Below are positions 28,750-44,292 of a stretch of DNA of 64,000 nt, piece by piece. Below the pieces are notes generated by a model. That model worked only from the letters and a program-made list of their open reading frames with translations. It ran no database searches and had not been told where the DNA came from. The translations under genes and the position numbers were made by a program. Within the stretch, counting starts at the first letter, position 1; each line of letters begins with the position of its first letter. The stretch lies in the NCBI RefSeq assembly GCF_009914755.1, contig NC_060947.1, one strand, 5' to 3'. This DNA is from the human T2T-CHM13v2.0 reference genome, Homo sapiens.

Positions 28750-31130
28750 GCTTTCGTTAAACATTAAATAGAATTGAGGTAAGATATTACAAGATACTCC
28801 TGGAACATCCTGTCATACCAGAAATTAAGTACCAAAGACCACTGAATCATGTCAAAAAGGACTCAAGGGCCAACTTGAAGATTCAAAGAGAGGACAACTT
28901 GAATATTAATTAGTACAATAACTATAATGAATTAGAACATATCAAATCTATTTCAATGCATTTGTTCAGATTGATATTCTAAAACAATGCTAGGGAATCA
29001 GCTTATTATTTTGAAGACTACAAAATAAAAGAGAATGAAACAAGTAATTATTCCACCTTTCATATGCATGATGTACCTCAGATTAATCATAGTTACTAAA
29101 AGGACATTTCTCTTCACAGAAGTATTCCAAATAATACGTGAAGAAGAAACGATAGAAATTATTATCCCCAATGAAACAGTGTGGATGGAAAGAATCTGCA
29201 ATGGTGGTTAACTTCACAACAACAGACAAGCAGGTATTATTGCCCTGATGGCACATATACAACACCACATATGAAGTATTCTTGCAAAAATTCAAACTAA
29301 ACTCTGATCAAGCCTTTAAATGTACATAATAATTTACAGAAAATACAGAGGATAAATAACACATTAAATGATAATTTTTTTAAACCTAGACTATGGAAAA
29401 TTCTATAGGACAGACATTCTAGTATTGCCTCAACACATAAATTGAAAGAGAAGGAGGGAGGCATTCTAGATTCAAAGATGCTTAACACATATTAAACAAA
29501 CATAGTGTGTGGTACTTATTTGGATCTCAATTTGAACACATCAACTGTAACAAAATTATTCATGATACAGCTGGGGGAAATCTGAACACTGACTGTTGAT
29601 GTTATTAAAAATTATAAAAATTATAGGTATATTAATGGTATTATTGTTATTTTTTAGAGGTGTCCTTATCTTTTAGATATGTATGTGAAATATTTATGGA
29701 TAAAATTGTTACCAGATCTTTAGGGTATTAATTTTCTTCCCAGAAACCTCTGTGACTGGTGGCACCTTTGCCCGAATTCTTGACCTGTGTCCAGGAAGAA
29801 TGAGGTATGCAGACAAGTGAAGGGTGAATAAGATGAAGAGGAGCTTTATTTAGTGTTAGAACAACTCAGAGGAGACCCGCAGTGGGCAGATCCTCTCTAG
29901 GCAGGTCATCCTGTGGAGTGTTCAGCTCTCAACAGAGAAGAGGCCCTGGAGAAGCTGGCTCCTCTCTGCTGGCAGGTCATTCAGAGGTCTCTGCGGGTCT
30001 CTGAAGCTCTCAGCAGAGAGGGTAGCTCCTCTCTGCCACTGGTCATTCCATCATCTCTCTGTCCTCTGCCCTGCTCTGGCTGAGCCTGGGCTTTTATGGA
30101 ACTCAGAGGGGAGGAAGTTCATACCGATTGGTCCATGGGCGGCCATGGGCAGCCTGGAAGAGGCACCACAAGACCCCACTCTGGTCAGCAGGTCTGGCAG
30201 GCTGGCCTCCAGCCTTCAGGTTCTCCCTGGCCTGAAGTTGGGGCCTTACCCGGGACCCATCCCTTCCTGCCCAGGAGCCTGTCTGCTTCCTGCTGCTGCC
30301 TATGGCGCCCAGACCGCTAGAGCCAAGGGGCACCTGCAGGCCAGTGCTGAGCTGCCCCCAGCCCCATCTTGGCCTCCCTCTTGTGCTCATTGGTGCCTAA
30401 AGTTTGGAGGGTCCCAGACAGCAGGGGGCCTGCGTGTCAACACTGCACCGAGCCTGTGCACACCAGTCCAGGGCGGGACAGAGCAGGAGCTCAGCCCCAA
30501 CCCGGCTCCAAGATTAGAGGGAGTACTGGGAGCAGAGAGAAGCCAGGCAGCAGCAGAAAACACGCACGAGCCTGCGGGGACACAGGGGGCTAGGGCCTTC
30601 CAGACCCTCGAGGGTGCAGGTTGCAGAGCCGCCAGGGTTCTGCACCTAGGAGCATGGCTGCAGCTGCATCCAGGGAGCTCCAGTCCAGCCAATTCAGAAG
30701 GGGCGGGACTTCCGCTTGTCCCCAACTACTGTCTGTGGAGTGGAGAGAGACGCCCGCGTTTACAACCACAGGTCAGGCAGCTGCAGCTGTATTTGAGAGG
30801 GCAGAGATCCTGCCTGCTCCTGGCACCCACCAAGAGCACAGGGAGGTTCAGATATACAGCTACAGTTTGGGCAGCTGCAGCCCTACCCAGGAGGGTGGGG
30901 CTCCTGCCTGCTCCATGGAGTGGGCAGCCCCAGCCACGCCTCCCTGCTGCAGCCGATACCATCAATATGAATTGATATCTGGGATTTGCTTCAAATTAAT
31001 CAAGAAGTAAGGAGAAGGCAAAATTGGCTGTGAGTTGAATATTTGTTGATCTAAATGGTAGGTACACAGAGGTTAATTATACTGCTGTATCCACATGATA
31101 AGGGTATAAATTTTTTCATATAATTAGGTT
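28750..31130 (+). mobile_element. L1ME-type 3' region, split by a MER52 LTR
   Basis: GTGTCCTTATCTTTTAGATATG...GAAATATTTATGGAT continues after the LTR as ATCTGGGATTTGCTTCAAA. Confidence 0.7.
29707..30964 (-). mobile_element. MER52-type solo LTR (ERV1), GC-rich
   Basis: TGTTACCAGATCTTTAGGG...GAAACCTCTGTG...CCAGGAAGAATGAGGTATGCAGACAAG...CCATCA; TSD-like AAAT/ATAT. Confidence 0.85.
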
Positions 31131-31188
31131 ATAAACTCGTACTTAAAATAAGATCTCATTTTCAGTTTTGAAATATATGCTATATGTG

Positions 31189-31216
31189 TACACACACACA
31201 CACACACACACACACA
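31189..31216. repeat. (CA)n microsatellite
   Basis: Pure CA run. Confidence 0.95.
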
Positions 31217-32406
31217 TTAGAAAGAAAAGAAAATATACCAAAAGTCCTTACTGGCTGTTTGGTGGGATTAGAAGTAAAACATAAGTTTTTATTGGTTTCT
31301 ATATTTCTCATTATGGAAAACATTTTTAATTGAGACATAAAATTCACACACCATAAGAGTAATCATTTTAAAGTATACAGTTCAGTCGTTTTTAGTATAT
31401 TCAAAATATTGTGCAACTGTCATCAATCTAATGCCGGAACATTTTAACCACCCTGAAGAGGAAACTTATACCCATTAAGTAGTAGATTACTAACCTCCTT
31501 TTCTTCCCCAGCTATAAGCAACCTCCATTCTTGATATTTCTATAGATTTGCCTATTCTGTACATTTTATATAAATGGAGTGGTACAATATGTAGTTTCTT
31601 GTCATTGGCTTATTTTACACACCATCATATTTTCAAGGTTTTCTGCAAAAAAGGGGGGGGCATTGGCATTTTGATAAATCTTGTGAGTATTGCCATCTTA
31701 ACAATATTAAATCTTCTAATTCATGGAACCAGATATCTTTGTACTTAAATCTTCTTTAATTCTTCTCTGTAATATTTTGTAGTTTTCAGTGTATTAATCT
31801 TGTACTTCCTTGGTTATATTTATTCCTAAGTACCTTATCCTTTATGAGACAAGTTTCAGTGCAATTGTTTCCTTAACTTTGGTTTTGGGTTATTCAATGA
31901 CAATATATAAAAGAGCAACCATTTTTAGATATGTATGCATTTTATTAAGATATAATTCATGTACCATAGAATTTACCCACACAAAGTCTATAATTCTATG
32001 TTTTTTATATAGTCACAGATACGTGCAAACATCACCACAGCCAATTATAGCACATTTTCATCACCTCAAATAGAAGCTGTGCACTTTATGTGTGATTCAG
32101 TGTCTCTCCATTATCCCAAAATGTGATCTACCACTAATCAACTTGCTGTCTCCCTAGATTTGCTTATTCTGTACATTTCATATAAGTGGAATTAAAGAAT
32201 ATGCAAGTTTCGTGTCTGGCTTTTTTCACTAAGCATAATGTTTTCAAGGTTTTTTTTTTTTTCATGTGGTAGCATGTAGCTATACTTCACTACTTTTTAT
32301 GGCTGTATAATATTCCATTTTATGGCTATATCTGATTTTGTTCATCCATTTATCAGATGATCATTTAGGTTGTTTTTACTTTTTGTCTATTAAGAATAAT
32401 ACTGCT

Positions 32407-32853
32407 TAGCAAAGACATGGAACCAACTCAAATATCTGCCAATGATAAACTGGATTAAAAAAATGTGATACATATTCACCATGGAATACTATGCAGCCAT
32501 AAAAAAGAATGAGATCATGTCCTTTGCAGGGACATGAATAGAGCTGGAGGCTATTATCCTTAGCAAGTTAATGCAGGAACAGAAAACCAAATACCACATG
32601 TTCTCACTGATAAGTGGGAGCTAAATGATGAGAACACATGGACACATAGAGGGGAACAACACAAACCAGGGCCTTTTGGAGGATGGAAGGTGGGAGGAGG
32701 GAGAGGATGACTAAAAATAATTAATGGATATTAGGCTTAATATCTGGGTGATGAAATAATCTGTACAGCAAACTCGCATGACACATGTTTACCTATGCAA
32801 CAAACCTGCACATCCTGCACATATACCCATGAACTTAAAATAAAAACTACAAA
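32407..32853 (+). mobile_element. 5'-truncated primate L1 (old L1PA/L1PB) 3' end
   Basis: GGAATACTATGCAGCCATAAAAAAGAATGAGATCATG...; TSD AAGAATAAT(A/G)CTG. Confidence 0.9.
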
Positions 32854-33218
32854 AAGAATAATGCTGTTATGAACATTTGTGGATGCATTATTGTTTGAAA
32901 ATTTTTTTTAATTCTCTTGGGTGTATACCTAGGAAGTGAACTGATGAGTCACATAGTAACTCTATGCTAAACTTTGCAAAAAACTGTAAAAAATTGTTTT
33001 CCACATCAGCTGTACTACAGAATGTTCTCACCACCCTCGTATTAGGGCTCCAATACTCCACATCCTTGCAAATACTAGTGTTGTTAAAAAATTTTAATAA
33101 TAACTACCATAGTGGATGTGAAGTGGTATCTCATTATGGTTTTGATGTGTATATCCCTAATGACTAATGATGTTGAGCACCCCTTCATGTGCTTATTGGC
33201 CATTGGTTTATCTTTTTT

Positions 33219-33505
33219 GAACAATGAGAACACATGGACACAGGGAGGGGAACATCACACACCGGGGCCTGTTGGGGGGTGGGGGTCAAGGAGAGGGAGA
33301 GCATTAGGACAGATACCTAACGCATGTGGGGCTTAAAACCTAGATAACGGGTTGATAGGTGCAGCAAACCACCATGGCACATATACACCTATGTAACAAA
33401 CCTGCACGTTCTGCACATGTATCCCAGAACTTAAAGTAAAATAAAAAATAAATAATAAATAAATAAATAAATAAATAAAGGAATCTGAACTTGAAAAAAA
33501 GAAAA
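33219..33505 (+). mobile_element. L1PA 3' end with (AAAT)n tail
   Basis: GAACAATGAGAACACATGGACACAGGGAGGGGAACATCACAC...CCCAGAACTTAAAGTA. Confidence 0.9.
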
Positions 33506-36496
33506 AATGTCTATTCAAGTCCTTTGCCCATTTTTTTCTGAAGTTGCCCATTTTTTTATTAAGTTACAAGTGTTTTTATGTATTCTGGATACTACAACTT
33601 TATGAAATATGTGTCTTGCATATATTTTCTCCATCCACTAAGTTGTCTTGTTACCTTCTTGATAGTTTCCTAGAGGCACAGAACTTTTACAATTTGATGA
33701 AATCCAATTTATCTATTTTTTCTTTTGTTGTTTGTGATTTCAATGTTATATTAAAGAAATCATTGCCTAATACAAGTTCATGGGGATTCACACCTGTGTT
33801 ACTTTCTAAGAATTTTAGAGTGTTTAGGTCTTACATTTGAGATCTTTGATCCATTTTGAGTTAATTTTTGAACACAGTATGAGGTAGAGGCCAAATACAT
33901 TCTTTTGCACATGGATATCCAGTTTTCCCAGAATCATTTTTTGAAAAGATTATATTTTCTCTATTGAATTGTCATGGTAACAAAATTTAAAATCAATGTA
34001 CCATAAATGCATGGGCTTTTTCCTGGACTCTCACTATATGTCACTGCTTTGTTTTTCTTTTTAATCCCATGGCATGACCACAGTGTTTCGATTACTGCAG
34101 GTTGATAATATTTTGGAATTGAGAATAATAAGTTCTACTTTGTTATTCTTTCTCAAGATTGTTTTTATTCTTCAGGATGCTTTTCAATTACATATACATT
34201 TTAAGATCAGGTCATCTATTTCTGCATAAAAACCAGATCATATTTTGATAAACCTTGAATTCAAACTGTAAATAAATTTGGGAAATATTGGCATTTTAAC
34301 AATAGTAAGCCTTTTAGTCCATAAAAATAGATGTCTTTTCAGTTAATTATGCCTTCTTGAATTTCTTTCAACAATATTTTGTAGTTTTCAGTGTACAAGT
34401 CTTGTACTCCCTTGGTTAAAATGATTCCTAAGCAGTGTACCTTTTTAGAAACTAATTTATTTTTAATGCTTTTTAAATATATTTTTTAAAAATTTATTTT
34501 TAATTTTGTGGGTACACAGTAGATGTATATATTTATGGGGTACATGAGATATTTTGGTACGGGCATGCAATAGATAGTGACAATATCATGGAAAATGGGG
34601 TATCATCACCTCAAGCATTTATCCTTTGTGTTACAAATAATCCAATTACACTCTTCTACTTACTTTAAAATGTACAATTAAATTATTATTGACTATAGTT
34701 CCTTTGTTGTGCTGTCAAATACTAGGTCTTACTCATTCTTTCTAACTATTTTTTTGTACCCATTAACTATTCTTACCTCCCACCCCCTCCCACTACCCTT
34801 CCCAGCCTCTGGTAACCATCCTTCTCTATCTCCAGGAGTTTAATCGTTTTGATTTTTAGAGCCCACAAATAAGTGAGAACATGTGATGTTTGTCTTTCTG
34901 TGCCTGGCTTATTCACTTAAAATAATGACCTCCAGTTCCATCCATGTTGTTGCAAATGACTGGATCTCAATCCTTTTTATGGCTGAATAGTACTCCATTG
35001 TGTATATGTACTACATTTTCTTTATCTATTCATCTGTTGATGGACACTTAGGTTGCTTCCAAATCTTAGCTATTGTGAACAGTGCTGCAATAAACATGGG
35101 AGTGCAGATATCTCTTTAATATACTGATTTACTTTCATTTGGTATATACCCAGCAGTGGGATTGCAGGATTGTATCATAGCTCTATTTTTAGTTTTTCTG
35201 AGGCCCCTCCAAACTATTCTCACTTCTTCCTATTTTCAAATTTACTTTCATAGGGGAGGACTTTTTCCTGAAGATGTATGTATGATGTTGTTTCGGTAGG
35301 GTACTTCAGCTTTGATTCTGGGTACATGCAGTAGTGTAGTCTTTGTATGATTTATTTGGCTGTCAACAGTGTTAGTAATACCCGTGATTTTCTTGGTGGG
35401 TAAGAGTGTGATTATTAGTGGAGGCTGTGGTGAAGTTGTGCTGGGGACTGAGATGGCAGGCGGGCCAGTCTTCAGGGCCCAGTGGTGGCGGTAGCGGGCT
35501 GAGTGAACTTATCTTTGTGCTGCAGGGCAGAGTGCACTGGAACCTTTGTTGGCAGTCTGGCAGGTCTATTCTTTTGCCTTAGCATGGCTTGATCAGATGC
35601 CAGTACTGGAAGCAGTGGACTGGGCAAGTTGGCGAGTTCTCAGGTTTCTGGGCAGCTGGTGTGGTTTGGACAATAAGAGTAGCAATGGTGAAATGATTCT
35701 CTGGGTCACAAAGTGTGTGGATTGATATTGGTGGTGGCTGCAATTGGCTTGGTAGGACAGTCTCCAGGCCTGCAGGGGGTAGTGCCTGCAGGTAGGTGCC
35801 AGCTGAAGTGGTAGCAGCTGGGAGTTTAAACCCAACGTCAGGCACCCAGGAGGAGTGCTCAGGTGTCCAAGGTATTGGATTGAGTTTGGCAATTCCTGGG
35901 ACCCCAGGCTATGTCCTCTGTCTTGTGGGGATTGAGGGAGAACCTGGGCTAAGAAGGTTGTACTCAGGTCCCCCAGTGGTGAGAGTAGGCATCAGCCATG
36001 GAGGGCAGGGGCAGGAAGTTCCTCAGGCCCCATCTGTAGTGCTTGAGTGAGGGGTGGTAGCAGCTATGCAGAGGCTCTGCTACTGGAGAGGATGGGGCCT
36101 CCCTTAGTGGTCATAGCCTGGGCTGAGGAATAGGGAATGTGTATTTCCTTCACACCCAAGTCCCTGTGGGGCTTAACCACCCCCCCATTCCCCTATCCCT
36201 GGCTGTAGGAGCCCACTGTCAGCTTGTGATCAAGTCCCAGCAGCAACTTATGTCCTGCTTATGTCCCTGTCTTAGATTCCAGCACCAGCTGCTGCTGCCT
36301 GGGTGTTGGTCACTTCCTAACCCTGGCTGCAGGAGTGCTTCCAGCTCACTCCCACATCTCAGCAGTGATAGCCCAAGTTTCCATAACACCTCAGTTCCGG
36401 TGTTTCTAGGACTTATTATTTTCTTAATTTTTGTTTCAGGTTGTTCAATGCCAGTATATAGAAATATTACTGTCTTAAAAAAAAAAAACAGCTTTG

Positions 36497-37143
<647 letters not shown>

Positions 37144-37865
37144 CAGTTGTATTGGCATCTAAATCAAATATACACACATTTGACGCATTTAAACTATAAA
37201 ATTTAATTGTTTTTGCCTAGTTGCAGATATACTACCATAACCACACGCAGTTGTCAGAGACTAGTTTTCAAAACGGTGCCTGACTGTAGCTGCTTAGGTC
37301 TCAGCAAGGGTATGGGACCCAGTGTGATCTCCCTCCCTGGAACAATTCTGACCCACAGTCTCCCAGCAGCTTCCTATGTTAGTTTCAGAGGTTGGGAGGG
37401 ACAAGGATTTCTGTGGCCAGGATTGCATGGTTCCATGTTGGGGATGTGGGTCACTGGTAGACTCTTACTCACCCCTTCTCTGCATTGGGAAGTCACTCCT
37501 GGCTCCCAGCCAATCCTGGCCAGGGAGGCTGCCTCTCCTCCTTCTCCTTTCCTACTTTTGGTATTTTCCTTGATATTGTCTTTGAGGCCTAGAGTTTTTT
37601 CTTTTGAAGAATGCTAATCATCTAGTTTTTCTTTTGTTCCTTGTGATTTTGTTATATTGAAGAAACTGTTGCCTAATCCAAGATCATGAAGATTTACACC
37701 ATGTTTCCTTCGAAGATTTCCATATTTTCAGGCCTTACATTTAACTCTTTGATCTATTTTGAGTTAATTTCTGTATGTAGTCTGAAGTAGGGACCATGTC
37801 ATTCTTTTGCATGTATTTATCCAGTTGTCTTAGCACCATTTGTTGAGGAGACTATATTTTCCAGA

Positions 37866-38170
37866 TTATATTTTCTTTTCTCTTTTTTTGAGATGGAGTT
37901 TCACTCTTTGCCCACGCTAGAATACAATGGTGCAATCTTGGCTCACTGCAACCTCCACCTCCCGGGTTCAAATAATTCTCCTGCCTCAGCCTCCTGAGTA
38001 ACTGGGATTACAGGCATGCGCCATCACACCCGGCTAATTTTTTGTATGTAGTAGAGACGGGGTTTCACCATGTTGGTCAGGCTGGTCTCGAACTCCTGAC
38101 CCCAGGTGATCCACCCACCTCAGCCCCACAAAGTGCTGGGATTACAGGCGTGAGCTCCTGTGTCCGGCCC
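37866..38170 (-). mobile_element. AluS
   Basis: TSD CAGATTA(T/A)ATTTT. Confidence 0.93.
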
Positions 38171-38646
38171 AGATTAAATTTTCATGGAAACCTCATCCAT
38201 CAAAAGTATTTGACTACATATGTATGGGTTTATTCTTGGACAATCATAGTATCCCACCAGTCTGTTTATTTTTTATCCTTATGTCAGGACCACAGTGTTT
38301 TGATTATTGCAGCTTTCAGGTACACTTTAAAATTAGAAAGTGTATCCTCGTACATTGTTTCTCTTTTTCTAGATTTTTGGCTGTTCAGTGATCTTCACAA
38401 TTCCATGCAAATTTTAGTATCAGCTCACCCATTTCTGCAAAAAGGCTGGTGATATTTTTATAGACCTTGCATTCAATATGTAGACATATTTTGGAATATT
38501 GCCATCTTAATATTAATTCTTCTAGTCCCAAGAAGAAACCACAATGTGTTTCTCCTTATGTGGGTCTTCTTTTCTTTAAAAAAAATATTTGCACCTCTCT
38601 ATGTACAAGCCTTGTACTTCCTTGGTTGATGGTATCCATTTAGGTA

Positions 38647-38938
38647 CTTTTTTTTTAGATGGAGTGTTGCTCTGTCACCTAGGCTGGAGTGCAGTGACGC
38701 AATCTCGGCTCACTGCAACTTCCGCCTCCCAAGTTCAAGCAGTTCTCCCTGCCTCAGCCTCCTGAGTAGCTGGAATTACAGACACCCGCCACCACACCCG
38801 GCTAATTTTTGTATATTTGGTAGAGACGGGGTTTCACCATGTTGACCAGGCTGATCTCGAACTCTTGACCTCAGGTGATCTGCCCGCCTCAGCCTCCCGA
38901 AGTGCTGGGATTACAGGCATGAGCCACCATGACCAGGC
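38647..38938 (-). mobile_element. AluS
   Basis: Full dimer. Confidence 0.93.
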
Positions 38939-39491
38939 CCTATTCCATTTTTAGTTAAGTGAAATTATTTTCTTAATTTTTGTTTCAGGTTGTTCAATGC
39001 CACTATATAGAAATGCTACTGGCTTAAAGACAGCTTTATTGGCATATAAATCAAATACACACATTTGACACATTTAAGCTGTAAAATTTAATTGCTTTTG
39101 TTTAGTTCCAAATATACTACCATAACCACAGTTTTTTTATGGCACCATTCAATTGCTTCAAAAGAAACCCCATGTATTTTAGGTATCATTGCCCTCTTCT
39201 TCCATTCCACAGCTCTACTGAATCACAAATCTATTTCTTGTCTCTATAGATTTGTTTATTCCAGACATTCCTTATAAATGACATCACAAAATGCATAGGT
39301 TTTTGTACCTGGCTTCCTTCACTTAACAGATTGTTTTCAGGGTTTACCCTTGTTGGTAGCATTAGCAGTCCTTCATTCCTTTTTATAGCTGTATAATATT
39401 CTATTATATGAGTATATCTCATTTTGTTCATTCATTCATCAATTGATGAACATTTGGGTTGTTGCCACTTTTTCTGTATTGAGAATAATGC

Positions 39492-39802
39492 TGGTGGCTC
39501 ATGCCTCTAATCTCAGCAGTTTGAGAGGCCGAGGTGGGAGGATCATTTGAGTCTAGGAGTTTGAGACCAGCCTGGGCAACATAGGGAGACCTTGTCTCTA
39601 CAACAGAAAAAAAAGAAAGAAAGACAGAAAGAAAAAAAGCTAGCCAGCTGTAATGGCATGTGTCTGTAGTCCCAGCTACTCTGGAGGCTGAGGTGGGGGT
39701 ATGACTTGAGCCCAGGAGTTTGAGGCTGCAGAGAGCTGTGACTGTACAATACCACTGTGCTTCAGCCTAGGCAACAGAGCAAAACTCTGTCTCAAAAAAA
39801 AA
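39492..39802 (+). mobile_element. AluJ
   Basis: CCTGGGCAACATAGGGAGACC and GAGCCCAGGAGTTTGAGGCTGCAG; TSD AATAATGCT. Confidence 0.9.
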
Positions 39803-40186
39803 TAATGCTTCTATGAACATCAGTATATAAGTTATTGTGTAAACATGTTTTTAATTCTCTTGGGTATATACCTAAGAGTGGAATTTCTGGGTCACATGGT
39901 AAATCTATGTTTAACTTTGTGAGGAATTGCCACATGTGTTCCACATCACTTGTACCATTTTATATTCCTCACAGGATTGTAGGATGGCTCAAAACATTCC
40001 ACATCTTAGCTAACACTTGTTTTATTTCCTTTTAAATTATAGCTATCCTAGTGGGTGTGAAGTGGCATCTCACTGCAGTTTCTATTCACATTTCCCTATT
40101 GACTAATGGTGTTGATTATATTTTCATGTATCTATTTGCCATTTTTATGTCTTCTTTGGAATAGTGTCTAATTGGGTCCTCCACCC

Positions 40187-40487
<301 letters not shown>

Positions 40488-40829
40488 CCTCCACCCATTT
40501 TATACAGGGCTGTTTTTCTTTTTGTGTTTGAGTTGAGAGATTTCTTTATGTATTCTCATAGTAGAGTCTTATGAGACTTAGAATTTGCAAACATTTTCTC
40601 CCTCTATATGGGTCGTATTTTCACTTTGTTGATAATATTTTTTGAGGCACAAATATTTTTACTTTTAATTAAGTCCAATTCATGTGTTTTTTCTTTTGTT
40701 GCTTCAGCATTGGGTATCACACTTGAGAAATTGTTGCCTAATCCACAATCATAATTATTTACATTTATGCTCCTTTTAAAGAATTTTTTAAAAACTTCTA
40801 TTATTTAAAAAATAATAATAGTAGTAAAA

Positions 40830-40870
40830 ACAGAGCAAGCTCTTATTCCCTGTCCCTGCTCCAAAAATCC
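40830..40870 (-). pseudogene. RNU2: U2 snRNA internal fragment (nt ~97-137: Sm site and stem-loop III)
   Basis: Minus strand GGATTTTTGGAGCAGGGACAGGGAATAAGAGCTTGCTCTGT versus U2 GGATTTTTGGAGCAGGGAGATGGAATAGGAGCTTGCTCCGT, 37/41 identical. Confidence 0.88.
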
Positions 40871-40872
40871 CC

Positions 40873-40978
40873 AAAATACAGAATGTTTCACAAATTATCG
40901 TGTCATCCTTGCTCAAGGGCCATGCTAATCTTCTCTGCATCGTTCCAATTTTAATATATGTGCTCCCGAAGTGAGCAC
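40873..40978 (-). pseudogene. RNU6: Full-length U6 snRNA retrocopy
   Basis: GTGCTCACTTCGGGAGCACATAT...GATTAGCATGGCCC...GTATTTT; 13 mismatches in 106 nt versus U6; ACAGAGA box changed to GCAGAGA; no upstream U6 promoter (flank is L1). Confidence 0.97.
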
Positions 40979-41612
40979 TCTTTTAAATAATTTTCTGGTT
41001 GTAGATCCCACATTTAGTTCTTTGATCCATTTTGAGTTAATTTTTCTATATAGTATGAGATAGGGGCCAAATGCATTCTTCACATGTGGATATTCAGTTG
41101 TTCCAGAACCATTGGTTGAAAAGACTTTTTCCCTATTGAATGATTGTGGCATCCTTATAAAAATCAGCTTTCCATTGATGTATGGGCTGATTTCTGGACC
41201 CTTGTTCTGTTCTACCACTGTATATTTCTATGCTTATGGCAGGACTATAAGGTTGTGATTACTGTAGTTTTGTAGAGGTGTTGTGTTGTAAGTTTTGAAA
41301 TCAGAAACTGTGAGTTCTTCTACTTCGTTCTTTTCCCAGACTTTTTTTTTTTTTTTTCGGACATTCAGGGTCCATTGCAATTCCACATGAATTTTAGGAT
41401 CAGTTAGTTCATTTCTGCCAAAAACAGCATCTTGTATTTTTATACACCTTGCATTTCAACTGTAGATCAATGAGGACTATTGCTATCCTAACAATGTTAA
41501 GTATTGTTGTTCATGAAACTGGTATGGTTTTCCACTTATATAGGTCTCCTTTAATTGCTTTAGATAGTATTTGTTAGTTTTCAAAGTACTAGTCTTGCAC
41601 TTTCATGGTTAA

Positions 41613-42033
<421 letters not shown>

Positions 42034-42271
42034 AAACCATTGCCTTATCCAAGGTCACGATGATTTACGTCTATATTTCCTTTTAAGATTTCTAGAGTTT
42101 TAAGTCTTATAGTTAGATATTGAATCCTCTTTATGTTAATTTTTGATTATGGTATGAGGTAGGGGACAAAATTCTCCTTTTGCTTTTGAATACCACAGCC
42201 ATTTGTTGAAAAGACTTTTTTTTTCCTCATTCAGTGGTTATGACACCCTCATCAAAAGTCAATTGACCATA

Positions 42272-42599
<328 letters not shown>

Positions 42600-42643
42600 T
42601 CATTGTATTCCACTTCTCTATGTTTCTATCCTATGCTTTGTAA

Positions 42644-43290
<647 letters not shown>

Positions 43291-43970
43291 TGTGATAAAA
43301 TTTGAAATTAAGAAGGCTGTGTTCTTTTACATTGTTCTTTCTCAACACTGTTTTTGCTCTTTAGGGTACTCTTCAGTTTCATATGGATTTTAGGATCAGT
43401 TCATCTATGTTTGGGAGAAAAGGCAGATTTGAAAGGTCTTGTATTCTATCTGTAAATCAATTTGGGGAGTTTGCCATCTTAATAATATTACATTCTCTAG
43501 CCCATGAAACTGGGATGGTGCTCCATTTACTTATATCTTCTTTAATTTATTTCAACATATTGTAGTTTTTAGTGTACAAGTTTCACAATTTCTTGGTGAA
43601 ATTTATGCCTAAGTGTTTTATTAGTTTTGATTCTGTTTGAAATGCAATTCTTTTCTTAGTTTTGCTTTTGGTTATTTTATGCTAGTATATAGGAATACAA
43701 CTGTTTTTCAAATAGCTTTGTTTGAAAAGTCACCTGTTTAAACTCTGCAATTCAATGGTTTTTAGTATATTCACAGATATGTGCACCATCACCACAGTTG
43801 ATTATGACATATTTTCATTGCCTCAGTCAGAAATCCCGTAGTCTTTAGTCATCATTTTTCTATCCTACATAACCTTTAATCATAATCACCCACTAGTTTA
43901 CTTGCTGTCTGTTAAATTTGCCTTTTCTGCATATAAATGGACTCATAGAATAAGTTGTCTTTGTGTGTGA

Positions 43971-44292
<322 letters not shown>

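Noticed and set aside
30145-30975. 276 aa ORF, the longest in the window
   Set aside because: Lies almost entirely in a GC-rich MER52 LTR, with overlapping ORFs in several frames and no recognisable domain; a composition artefact.
40854-40870. miR-1246-like sequence as a microRNA gene
   Set aside because: It is the U2-derived segment; no independent pre-miRNA hairpin is evident.
40873-40978. Functional U6 gene
   Set aside because: 13 substitutions including the ACAGAGA box, no PSE/TATA, and TSD-flanked.
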